The notes under the pieces: generated by a model
What the model was told of the DNA's origin: nothing
Databases searched by the model: none
The model's input: only the letters and a program-made list of their open reading frames with translations
Made by a program: the position numbers and the translations under genes
In this document: positions 39,705-51,623 of the stretch, one piece after another
How positions within the stretch are numbered: position 1 is the stretch's first letter
Layout: every line of letters begins with the position of its first letter
Assembly (NCBI RefSeq): GCF_033153115.1
Contig: NW_026889750.1
Span: 18,414,001-18,478,000 of the forward strand
Reading direction: 5' to 3'
Source: Saccostrea echinata
Taxonomy: Eukaryota
DNA: 64,000 nt

Positions 39705-40129
39705 TATTTTATAACTTCAACTTAAGTCTTGATGAATACGGTAAAATAAGCAATACTTTGATTTTGAAAACTATTTGACAATTTTGAGCAAATTTTATCA
39801 GAGAAAGACACTAAATTTGGAATTTCTGCACGTAACTTAGAAATGAAACAAGCAGATACTTAGGTTTGTTTCGGACTGCGAAAACTTGTATGAAGTGTTC
39901 ATTCAATATGGTTGAGGATGAAATATATTCTCTCTTTAATCTTAATTTCCAAAGAATGCACCCATGAGAAAGTTACTTTTTTGCCAATACAGAGCAGTTG
40001 CCGATAATTTAATGATTTAACACTATATAATTTGTTTAGCATTTGAATTGTCAAGACTATGATATTCTTGCCTTACTATGACAGACGCTGGGTTTATGAA
40101 GTATAGATGCATTATTTTTTCTTATTTTT

Positions 40130-41070
40130 ACAAATATTGCATATTCAAGATATTGGATTTTTATGTACAGAATCATTTATTATAATATTTTCTTATAGGA
40201 TTTTATACATTTATATGTATTAATTGCACTAGACAAGAGTGGATTTGATATATCATGTAGCATCTTCTCTCGTTGCTCTTTGCTGTTAATCCATACACAT
40301 GTGCATCTTACTCAAGACATGAGCTCATACAATATTTTGTATTTCTTAGCAGTGTATGATATTCATTATTACGTTATTGTATGTGTGCAACATATATATG
40401 TAACATGCAATATTACTCCAAGTAAAAGTGGATTAATTAATGTTGAACACCTCATTACTTCTTGCTGCATGTTTTTCTTTGTATGCCTAACTAAGCATTT
40501 ACTTATCTATTTTTTTTAATTTTGTTTCTTTACCATTATCTTTACACATATAGATGTGCTCGTACAATTTTCTTTGAGCAACAATGAGCATAATTAATAT
40601 GATTTTGTCTCTTGTGCTTCTTGCCATCTTTAGTAATAACACATAATCAAGGATCTTTGTACTATACTACACACCCCTGATTTAACTTATAGATTTTCTA
40701 CTCATAATGTTACATTCACTATGTTGCATGAATGGTAACTTTTAAAATCTATTATGTTAACTAACCTTTCTTGCATTATCATTTCAAGTTTTATATCTAG
40801 TTATCATACTATGATATTGTTATACAAACTGAGCAATGAGCTGATTTTCTATGTTGCATTGTATCTAGTCTTGTTACCATTATATTTTCATACAAACTGG
40901 ACAATGAGATGATTTTCTAAGTTATATTGTATCTAGTCATCATGCTATTAAACAAACTAACAATGACCCAAGTTACATTGTACTTAACTGTATTATGTGC
41001 ATTTATCTGTAATCATTTATATGTCATGAACCACGAGGCCCTAATTTGGAAACAAATTCTATTCTATTCT
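40130..41070 (+). mobile_element. Probable 3' remnant of a CR1/L2-type LINE
   Basis: Ends GAGGCCCTAATTTGGAAACAAA followed by a (TTCTA)n tail; no intact ORF. Confidence 0.4.
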
Positions 41071-41691
41071 TTTATCTACGGAATATTACAATATATAAAC
41101 AAATTTTATTTCCTGTTATTTTCATATTTATCTCAAAAATAGGTTTTTAAGCCTAAAACAATTATACCAGATATGTTTTTAACATAATCATAAAACATAA
41201 TCAACTTACTTTTCTTTTGCTTGTTATACAGATTGATACGCCATACTTGAACAATCCTCCCTTGAAAACTTCACCCTTTAAACAAATGGTATTTTGTTTC
41301 ATTTTCTACATAAGGGTTAATAAAGCGCAGATTCACGACAACATCCTCTACAGGAAAACGAACGTGTGCACTTGTAATCTCACATCATAATAATGGGTCC
41401 TTTTCTTTGTTTTATATTTTTCAATGTATAGATTGATTTACAAATGTGTAATTGTAATCAATATCTCAGTGCAGCAAATAACATTAATCAATTCATACAA
41501 TCACTTATGAAATATCCTTTTGACTATTGAATATTAGGGAATAAATATTGGTTTCTCAGGCTTCATTCACCGATTCACAAGAGAAAAAAGGAAATTTAAC
41601 TGTTGTTGGATCGAGGAAAAAAATGGAAACAAATGACACAGATATGTATCATAACATTAAAATCGTTCAAATAGCAATGTACGAACAATAA

Positions 41692-41992
41692 ACCCTAACA
41701 AAAAGTACTATGGTAAACTATAGTTAACTATATAGTTTACTATAGTTAGCTATAGTAAATCAAAGTTTCAATGTTATCACTATAATGTCATAGTGATCAC
41801 TATAGTAAGTCAAAGTTATCACCAAAGTAAATCAAAGTTTCATAGTAATCTCTATGGTAAATCAAAGTTTTTAAAGTTCTCACTATAGTAAATCAAAGTG
41901 TCAAAGTTATCACTATAGTTAGCTATAGTTTTCATAGTATCAAAGTTATCACTATAGTAAACTATGGTTTACTATAGTATTTATTGTAAGGA
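41692..41992. mobile_element. Foldback-like MITE built from ACTATAGT / ATCAAAGTT modules
   Basis: CCCTAACAAAAAGTACTATGGTAAACTATAG ... CTATAGTATTTATTGTAAGG inverted termini; ~20-bp internal repeats. Confidence 0.7.
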
Positions 41993-43544
41993 AAAGAATC
42001 TGCAGGTTCTTATTACGTTGGTATTTTTTAAATAAATTAAAGTCGATCATGTCGCATCAAAATAGCTTCACAACCAGATGTGATATTAATATATTTTATC
42101 AGACATTTAAGAGTGTTGAAATCTTAACACTCAGTTAATTTATGTAATAAATAGTGATAGTCATATAATGTTAATTTTAACTTTGTTTGCGTGTTACTTA
42201 CGGCGACATTTTTATGCCAGCACTTGTTTGTGTCGACTTGTCAGATGTTATGTCAGCTTGTCAGAAAACTATGTTGATTTATCATATGTCAACTTGTCAG
42301 CTATTTATGTCGATATATCAGATCAATATGAATTATGAAGACTTGCTAGAAAGAGATGTCGAATTGGCAGTTGATTATGTTAACTTGTCAAATCTTTACG
42401 TCAACTTGTTAGAAAAATTTTGCCAACTGGCACAAACTTGATGGCACAAAACAGAGACATGTTCTAATGTAAATTTTTGAAACATGTGAATGTGACAAGT
42501 CAACAAAAATATCTAACAAGTCGACATAATTATCTTACAAGTGACAGGACTATGCCTCCATAGTTATTTTTTTTAAATTTCTTATCTAATAAAATAGAGT
42601 TGGTACGCCTAAAATGCTCAGATAACAACAAAGTTTAAAAAATATCTTTTTATTAAAGTAAAGGCAGCTCATGATTCAATTGGAATTAGGTATGTTGTAC
42701 ATAAAAAAAAAGAAGAACGAAACTTGATTTTATCAGTGACCCATCACTACACAATTAAACAGGCATACTAAAATAGGACTGTACAAGAGATATTTATATA
42801 ATGTTTTATAGTTAATTGAAATAGATTGCAATACATAAAATAAGTTGTCCAATAGCGAATGTAGGAACAATAATTCATCGTCATTTAAAATTTGCTAAAC
42901 ATCTGCAAGCAAAATTTAAAAAATTAAATTTGATATGTGTTTATAATTTTCTTTCTTCAAAGTTATCATTTTAATAAAACTTTTAAAGCACCTCATACCT
43001 ATTTTCAGCTCCATAAAAACAGGCAATATAAAACAAAGAAACACAGGCTCATGGGCCTTGTCACCTGTGTGTCACATTCAACTTTGATTTTTCTTGCCTT
43101 CACAATTATAATTATACATAATATCCTTTTAAAATAGTTTTATAGCAATTTTTTGGAAAATTGCACATTGTATTTTGTTAGAAATTGTAGATTTATAACT
43201 TTTGAACCTCCTGGGATGATTCCCTTTACAGATGCACATACTAACTGCGAGAGCATAATCAAGTACTTATATTTTATTGAATCATGTGACTGTACGTATC
43301 AATTTAAGCTTTAGGTTTGAAACAATATTTTTAGAAAAAAAACATTCCTGGTTTTTTTTTTCAAATGTATAACTGAATCATTAATTTAGGAAATGTTCAA
43401 AACAAAAACATATTCCTTAACTATACTATTCTAATAAAAATCCGGTATGGAAGCCAAACAGCAGAACTCTACAATTATCCAAAATCTCATCAACAGGCGT
43501 AGGTCACACCTAAATTTCAAAAAGCCATCCAAGACTATAAGGTT

Positions 43545-44635
43545 CTAATGAAATGCTAGTCGCGTAATGCAGCCTTCTTCTTTGTCTATCATCGGATCTG
43601 CTTCTGATTGTAATCTAATTCCTTCTTTATTTAGCAATGGTTGGCAATGTTTGTTTCTTACGATTGTTTCACTTGTGATTTGAATTCCAGGATAATTAAC
43701 TCCTACTTGGAGTTCTGCGTTCGGTGGTCTTTTTCTTGATATTCGTTTGCAGTAATATCCTGCAGCTGTTCCCAGTAGAATTGTTACCAATATCCAAATA
43801 TTCATCGTCATAACACACAACATCAGGATGTATGTCATGATCAGTTGACATGTGTAAAAGATGGCTTTTGTCAGTCTCAAGTTTATGGAGGAAAGGCTGC
43901 AATTTGAATTTCTGTAAACAGGAAAACTATTCATTCAAAATATATAAAAGACTAAAAAATGACGTTTACTTTCATATTTGTTTCTAATTCATAATCAATC
44001 AACAAACAAAATTTAAAAACAAGAGGCCCAAGGGCTTTAACGGTCACCTGAGTATAATATAACAATTTAGAGGGTCCATAGAGTATAAAATGAACTGAAA
44101 GGTGAAACTTTGTTGCCCAAAAGCAAGAAAAATAGGTCGATCAGGATCAACAAAATAATTAGTCTAGTGTTCATTAAGAGTTCATAAATTAGGTTCTAAT
44201 CTGTTCCCCATTTATCAGTATCACTATACAGTATATAAACAAATTATCAGTGATTCTGTACTATTTTAATTCCTTGATGAAATCTCTTACATTGGACCCT
44301 TCTTGGTCTTTGATGAACATTAAATAAGACAAGTTATTTTTGTCTCGTTTTTATTTATCTATTACTTAAAAATCTACCTGATCATTTAAACTATAAAAGT
44401 ACTTTTTGTATTATACAATAAAAAATCTTGCATAATACTACTATTCTGTTAACCTTTCAAGTACATTATTTACAGTGATTAATTATCAAAAGTAAATGGC
44501 AAAGGGGAATAACTCCTCTCAGTTGAATACAAATTATGTCCTGGCCAAAACCAGAACACTTGACCAAATGGTCCAGATGTTCAAAATCTTTATTAAAACT
44601 TTTACTCTTTTTGCGTCTGATATGCCCAGGTGCAG

Positions 44636-44669
<34 letters not shown>

Positions 44670-47600
44670 CAGATTCACTATATTATCAATAGAGCCCACC
44701 CCCCTAGCACCAGAACCCCTGACCTTGGGGCCATGAATTTCACAATTTTGGTAGAGTCACCCTTGCTTATCATAACTATGTATTCAATTTGTTTCAATAA
44801 TACCCAGGAGTAGAAAAGAAGATTTTCAAAGAAATAATGCACTTTCACTGTATGATCTATATAACTCCGCCCTAGCACCGGAACCCCTGATCCTGGGGCC
44901 ATGAATTTCACAATTTTGGTAGAGTCATCCTTGCTTATCATAACTATGTATTCAATTTGTTTCAATAATTCCCAGGAGTAGAGAAGAAGACTTTCAAAGA
45001 AATGATGCACTTTCACTATATGATCTATATAGCCCCGCCCTAACACCAGAACCCCTGACCCTGGGGTGATGAATTTCAAAATTTTGGAAAAATCATCCCT
45101 GTGCACCATTACTATGCACTTAGTTTGTTTAAATAATACCCAGGAGCAGAGAAGAAGATTTTCAAAGAATTAATGCATTTTCACTATATAATCAATAGAG
45201 CACCGCCCTACTGTACCACCAGAACCCCTGACGCAGGGGCCATGAAATTCACAATTTTGGAAAAGGAATCAATGCTTATTATAACCATGCACTTAGTTTG
45301 TTTATATAATATCCAGGAGCAGAGAAGAAGATTTTCAAAGAATTAATGCTTTTTCACTATACATGTATAATCAATAGAGCCCTGCCCTACCACCAGAACC
45401 CCTGACCCAGGGGCCATGAAATTCACAATTTTGGAAAAGGAATCAATGCTTATCATAACCATGCAATTAGTTTGTTTATATAATATCCAGGAGCAGAGAA
45501 AAAGATTTTCAAAGAATTAATGCTTTTTCACTATACATGTATAATCAATAGAGCCCTGCCCTACCACCAGAACCCCTGACCCAGGGGCCATGAAATTCAC
45601 AGTTTGGAAAAATCATCCTTTTGCACCATTATCATGCACTTAGTTTGTTTAAATAATACCCAGGAGCAGAGAAGAAGATATTCAAAGAATTAATGAATTT
45701 TCACTATATAATCAATAGAGTGCCGCCCTAACACCAGAACCCCTGACCCAGGGGCCATGAATTTCACAATTTTGGAAAAGGCATCATTGCTTGTCATAAC
45801 CATGCACTTAGTTTGTTAAAATGATACCCAGGAGCAGAGGAGAAGATTGTCAAAGAAATAATGCACTTTCACTATATAATCTATATAGCCCCGCTCTAGC
45901 ACCAGAGCCCCTGACCCTGGGGCCATGAATTTCACAATTTTGGTAGAGTCACCCTTGCTTATCATAACTATGTATTCAATTTGTTTCAATAATACCCAGG
46001 AGTAGAGAAGAAGATTTTTCAAAGAAATAATGCACTTTCACTATATGATCTATATAGCCCCGCCCTAACACTAGAACCCCTTACCCTGGGGTTCATGAAT
46101 TTCAAAATTTTGGAAAAAGCATCCTTGTGCACCATTACTATGCACTTAGTTTGTTTAAATAATACCCAGGAGTAGAGAAGAAGATTTTCAAAGAATTAAT
46201 GCATTTTCACTATATAATCAATAGAGCACCGCCCTACTGTACCACCAGAACCCCTGACGCAGGGGCCATGAAATTCACAATTTTAGAAAAGCCATCAATG
46301 CTTATCATAACTATGCACTTATTTGTTTAAATAATACCCAGGAGCAGAGAAGAAGATTTTCAAAGAAATAATGCACTTTCACTATATAATCAATAGAGCC
46401 CTGCCCTACCACCAGAACCCCTCACCCAGGGGCCATGAATTTCACAATTTTTGAAAAGCATCAATGCTTATCATAACCATGCACTTAGTTTGTTTATATA
46501 ATATCCAGGAGCAGAGAAGAAGATTTTCAAAGAATTAATGCATTTTTACTATGTAATCAATAGAGCCCTGCCCTTACACCAAAACCCCTGACCCAGGGGC
46601 CATGAATTTCACAATTTTGGAAAAATCATCCTTGTGCACCATTATCATGCACTTAGTTTGTTTAAATAAGACCCAGGAACATAGAAGATTTTCAAAGAAT
46701 TATTGCATTTTCACTATATAATCAATAGAGCCCCACCCTAACACCAGAACCCCTGACCCAGGGGACATGAATTTCACAATTTTGGAAAAGGCATCATTGC
46801 TTGTCATAACCATGCACTTAGTTTGTTTAAATAATCCCAGGAGAAGAGAAGAAGATTTTCAAAGAAATAATGCACTTTCACTATATGATACATGTATATA
46901 TAGCCCCGCCCTAGCACCAGAACCCCTGACCCTGGAGCCATGAATTTCACAATTTAGGTAGAGGGCCCAATTCTTATTACAATCATGTCAACAGTTTGAC
47001 TGCTTGATGTCCAGGAGTAAGGAAGAAGATTTTTAAAGATTGCATCAATTTTGGTGGTTTTAGCCCCACCCCTGGGGCCCCAGGGGAGCAGGGACCATGA
47101 AATTCACAATTTTTGTTCCCCTTCACCCAAAGATGCTATATGCCAAAATTGGTTGAAATTGGTTGAGCGGTTCTAGAGAAGAAGTTGAAAATGTTCAAAA
47201 GTTAAACGTTCGACGGACGACGCACGACGACGGACAAAAAAGGATAGCAATATGTCACCTTAGTGACTCAGGTGACCTAAAAATCAATAACAAAAGCAAA
47301 CAAGAAAAAAACAAAAGGCACAAAAAAATCAATAATAGACATAAAGTGTAATATAAAGTTTTTAGAATCTTACTGTAGAGATCTTCCATCAGGCCAGCAT
47401 TTTTTAAGTAACTTTAACTTTATAATGTCCATTAATTCAAATACCAAAGATAAAACAGCTGCAAGGACCATAGCAAATATTAGTCCTAAAACAAATTCAG
47501 TATGAATGATAAGTGATTATCATTGCACAAATTCATTATCATGTATTTTTAAAGCACGAGTTAAAAACAATTGATATTTTCATTTATCATTATATTCATT

Positions 47601-47681
47601 TGATGTTGTCTTCTGTATACAAACCAGTATAGGTATCTAGCCTCCATGCATCGTGCAGCATGTGACTTCTTGTATGGGTTG
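43545..47681 (-). CDS. SLC31/Ctr copper transporter paralogue 2; exons (gap)47681-47625, 47485-47374, 43911-43545; start codon lost in the assembly gap
   Basis: ...THTRSHMLHDAWRLDTYTG|LIFAMVLAAVLSLVFELM (TM1); YILMLCVMTMN; LGTAAG; same intron phases (1, 2) as paralogues 1 and 3. Confidence 0.88.
44018..47283 (+). mobile_element. Helentron/HINE-type element with about 14 ~168-bp satellite monomers in the last intron of Ctr paralogue 2
   Basis: Left end AACAAGAGGCCCAAGGGCTTTAACGGTCACCTGAGTATAAT; array ~44625-46960; GACG microsatellite; terminal hairpin GTCACCTTAGTGACTCAGGTGACC. Confidence 0.88.
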
Positions 47682-47817
47682 NNNNNNNNNNNNNNNNNNN
47701 NNNNNNNNNNNNNNNNNNNNNNNNNNNNNNNNNNNNNNNNNNNNNNNNNNNNNNNNNNNNNNNNNNNNNNNNNNNNNNNNNNNNNNNNNNNNNNNNNNNN
47801 NNNNNNNNNNNNNNNNN
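47682..47817. other. Assembly gap (N run)
   Basis: 136 N bases; covers the first codons of Ctr paralogue 2. Confidence 1.
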
Positions 47818-48322
47818 AATTGATTTCACAGAGTTAAGTATTTGAATTATTGATTTTTCTTTCTAATAAAAAAAGAAAGTCATTTGATAAGCATCAAAAT
47901 ATATGTCATTTTGAATTGTCCAATTCTTAAATTTCCAGAGACCTGAAACAGACTGGTGCATTCCAGTTATTATTCGCGAAGAATCTATGTCAAAAAAGCA
48001 GAACAGTGTATCATTTTTTTTTCTTCGGGTAGAAACTGTCAAGACTATCGATTGCATATATTTTGAAAGTTTACCTGTGTTACGTAACACCGATTTCGTA
48101 GATAAAGCTTATGAATAAATGAATAGAAGGAGGATTTATCATTCTTTAAAATTGGTTTCTTTTTGATGACAAAACTTGAATCCATTTCTTTTCTAGTCAA
48201 AGCTTTCAAATACATTCTACACATTTAATTTTTATTGAGAACTTAAATAAATTTGATTAGTAAATTTGTAATCTACCAAGCAAACCACCTTCTAAGAGAA
48301 GGGGAAACTTTCAATCACAATA

Positions 48323-49400
48323 AACAAGAGGCCCATGGGCCACAATGCTCTCCTGAGTCACCTTGGCCCTATTGTTTTCATATGAAATTGTTTCTTCTTT
48401 ATTCCTATGTAAAATTTTATTTCCATATTGTGGCCAAATCCTAGCCACAAGGGGTCATAACTTAACCAAACCCGAATCTACACATCTTAGATATGCTTCA
48501 ATATCAGTATCACTAATATGCCCTTGTTGTTCTCGATACTAATATTATTTTTTTTTTTTAAATTGTTTTCTCTTGTGTACAACATTCTAAAAATGTTGAA
48601 CCCAGATTTTGTAAAACTATTTGAAACAACTTGTGTTTGAAGATAAATAAGATTTAATTTAATTTGCAATGTTTCTCTTGATAGTATATTTAACGATATA
48701 CCATATATTCCCGATTCTCTGATCACCTTTCGTGGCCCTGTCCAACCCCAAGAGTTCATGATTTGAACAAATTTCATGAAACATAATTTTATTTTTTCAC
48801 TTTTAGTTAAATAAATGTAAAATTTTGATCCTTTTTGTAGCCAAACCCTATCTACGGATGCCTTCGATTTAAACAACTTCAAGAGGCTGCTTGTATATTA
48901 ATATTACTTATCATGGTCCTGCTCTTATTTAGATGTACCCGAAAGTAAAATGTTATAAAACGATGCATGGCCCATTCTACGGGTGTGGACCATGATTCAA
49001 ACAAACTTTGATCTTCACTACCTGAGGCTGCTTGCATTTTAATATGAGTAATAATCATTGCCTACCTGTTTCTCAAAATAATTTAAAGGAAAAACCCTAT
49101 TAATATTGTGGCTCACCCTAACCAAGGTTTAAAACAAATTTAATTCTACACTACCTGAGAATGCTTGCAAATGAATATGACTATATATTTTGATCCCCTA
49201 ATGTGACTTTAACTGGAATTGCTTTCTTAAAGCTGTTTGAATCCACTTCACCCAAACATATTCTTTGCTAAGTTTGGCTGAAATAAATTATATTATAAAT
49301 GGGAAGATATAAACTTGAAAAGTTTACTACTACAACAACAACGACGACAAACAGACAAACGACAGAAAAACTTGCATGAGCCTCTCGCACAGGTGAGCTT
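48323..49400 (+). mobile_element. Degraded copy of the Helentron/HINE family at 693-2447
   Basis: AACAAGAGGCCCATGGGCCACAATGCTCTCCTGAG start, decayed TCTACACTACCTGAGG monomers, decayed terminal hairpin ...CAGGTGAGCTT. Confidence 0.75.
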
Positions 49401-50229
49401 AGAGTGTTTTAGAATGGACATCTATATATCGATACAATTTTTTTCTGTTTTGTAATCGGGTAATACTATATGATAAGGAATGATAGAAATTAATTGAAAA
49501 ACAAATATTCTGCTGAAACAATATTCTTCACAAAGAAATTCCTTACCTCTTGTGTTCAGGGGAAAAGAGTAATTTTTATCTGCGTTGTTACCTATCCTGC
49601 AGCGTTGATATTCTTTCGTTTACAAATAATTGGTAAAGTTTTTAATCACTTCCTTGTAGCTTACCTATGCATAAGCAGAATAGGTATATTCAGTAGCATA
49701 TATCAATGGCAGTTTAACTGACAAACATTCCGCTCCCACAGGTACCTTCTATATCAATTGAATATAAAAGGACCTCTAGCGAACGATGCAAGTATTCGGT
49801 TTCATAAGTTTGACTTATTTATCTTTAAAATGTTTTTTTTTTTTAAGACAAACAAACAAACTCTTTTGATTGAAAGTCTAATTTTAGAACTTAACCAACA
49901 AGATATTGCAATGTATATGGTTGATCTGTGTTCTTTCTCAAAGTGTATAAACATTCAAAATTCATTAACATTTGATTTTTAAAAGCGTATTCGAGAAGTG
50001 GTGTAAATCAGATGTGGGTTCTCAAAAACTCCAAAGAACTTTAGGAAAATTTAAAATAATAAAATTTTTCAAAAGCCAGTCACGTCAAAATCTTTTACTT
50101 TTCTACACTGTCAATTCCTCATGATAAATTTTAAAAGCTAGGCTTTTTGATGTCATAGACAACTGCTTCTTCAATAAAAATGATATTTTGTGATTGTTCA
50201 TCTACAAAATTACTTCGTAAAAGCTCACT

Positions 50230-50600
50230 CTGACTCTATACATATGTAGTCTGAGGTTGATATTAAAGAGATGCTGGAGTTCCACATTGACAATATCTAT
50301 GTAGTCTTTGGAGACAATCTGTTGGAATGCAGACGGGCACTTATTGTGCATTCTTGAGAATTTATTCAAAAACTTCTACATGCGAACTTGTTGTTGCCTT
50401 CAATTAGATATTTAGCTATATTTTACATTGTATTGATTACGAATATAGCTGTACTTATTTTTATTGAATTTCAAAATTCAACTTGTTTTATTACTTGAAC
50501 TCAAAATATAAGAAATCACAATATCTGCCTCATTTGTTTCATATTTGGATGTTTTACTGACTCTAGAGGTCAAAGGCCAACTAACAAATTATCTACTTAC
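50230..50600 (+). mobile_element. Decayed Penelope-like reverse transcriptase fragment
   Basis: Translates in pieces to IKEMLEFHIDNIYVVFG, VGMQTGTYCA (compare GIPMGTNCA) and SYLDVLL, with deletions and frameshifts. Confidence 0.6.
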
Positions 50601-50739
50601 TGCAAAGGTATGTGGAACATGCTATTAAACGTTCATGCTAACATGCTATTAAATGTTCAACAACCCCTAAAATTATGGAGTTCTTTTTAGCATTTTAAGA
50701 GATAATTACAAAGAAAGTATATGCTTATTCGCATATCGT

Positions 50740-50932
50740 GCCAACGCCTATGGTGTCACAGGACCGAGAGATCCGTTACTTTCACTTTTAGTGCCGGTGC
50801 CGGGCGTTTGGCGAAGAAACAGTCACTACCTATGTTTAAGTATTAGGTTTGACGTGGCGCTGAGAACGAATAGTGAGCCCGGGACCTCCCGATTACTATG
50901 CCTTCTATGACTAGGCTACCGGGACAGGTCAC
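50740..50932 (-). mobile_element. Degenerate tRNA-derived SINE
   Basis: Minus strand CCCGGTAGCCTAGTCATAGAAGG...ATCGGGAGGTCCCGGGCTC head and TCAAACCTAA...CTTCGCCAAACGC body, as in 15711-15982. Confidence 0.6.
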
Positions 50933-51088
50933 TGAATAAATCCAGCAAGATATGAAACTGAAAAAGCTGTGAAATCGCTCAATAATAAAATGAGCAAAAT
51001 CTTTCATTTTGTTCATTTACTTGAATAAAAAAAATGCTATGAGCATACAGATCACTTTTTAAAAACGTTTTAGTCCACTCTGATTCTA

Positions 51089-51369
51089 GTGCTACGTAAA
51101 AGTTTTTAAAGTTGTTAATTCTAACTTTAAAATTGGCTTTTCCAACTTTAAAGTTGGTAATTCCAGTTGGTTTTTCCACCTTTAAAGTTGGTAATTACAA
51201 CTTTAATCTTGGCTTTTCTTAAAGTTGGAAAAGCCAAGATTTAAGTTGAAATTACCAACTTTAAAGATGGAAAGGCTAACTTTAAAGTTGGAAAAGCCAA
51301 GATTAAAGTTGGAATAGGATTTACCAACTTTAAAAAAATATATTACGTGGCACTAATACGCTTCCGTAG
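51089..51369. mobile_element. Palindromic MITE made of CCAACTTTAAAGTTGG modules
   Basis: GTGCTACGTAA...TTTAAAGTTG on the left; CAACTTTAAA...TTACGTGGCAC on the right. Confidence 0.65.
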
Positions 51370-51623
51370 ATTCTGAACTTGCCTTTAGTTTTAAAAAAAT
51401 AAACTTTGAAAAAAAAACTCTTAATAATAACAATTTCACAAAAGCCAAAACACATTTTCCAAGTTGTTCTCTTTTTTACGACATTACAGTAACATAAACG
51501 GCATTTTAGATACACTATAGTTCCATGTTCACACTTTGCAGTTCTTTAAATTCTTTAAACGATTATTATATGTAACCACAAAAGGTACATCTGCTTTGCA
51601 TGATTTATTAATTATATTTTATT

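Noticed and set aside
44466-46022. ORFs inside the satellite arrays (also 2172-2438, 14070-14388, 36886-37463)
   Set aside because: Translations of repetitive non-coding monomers and microsatellites.
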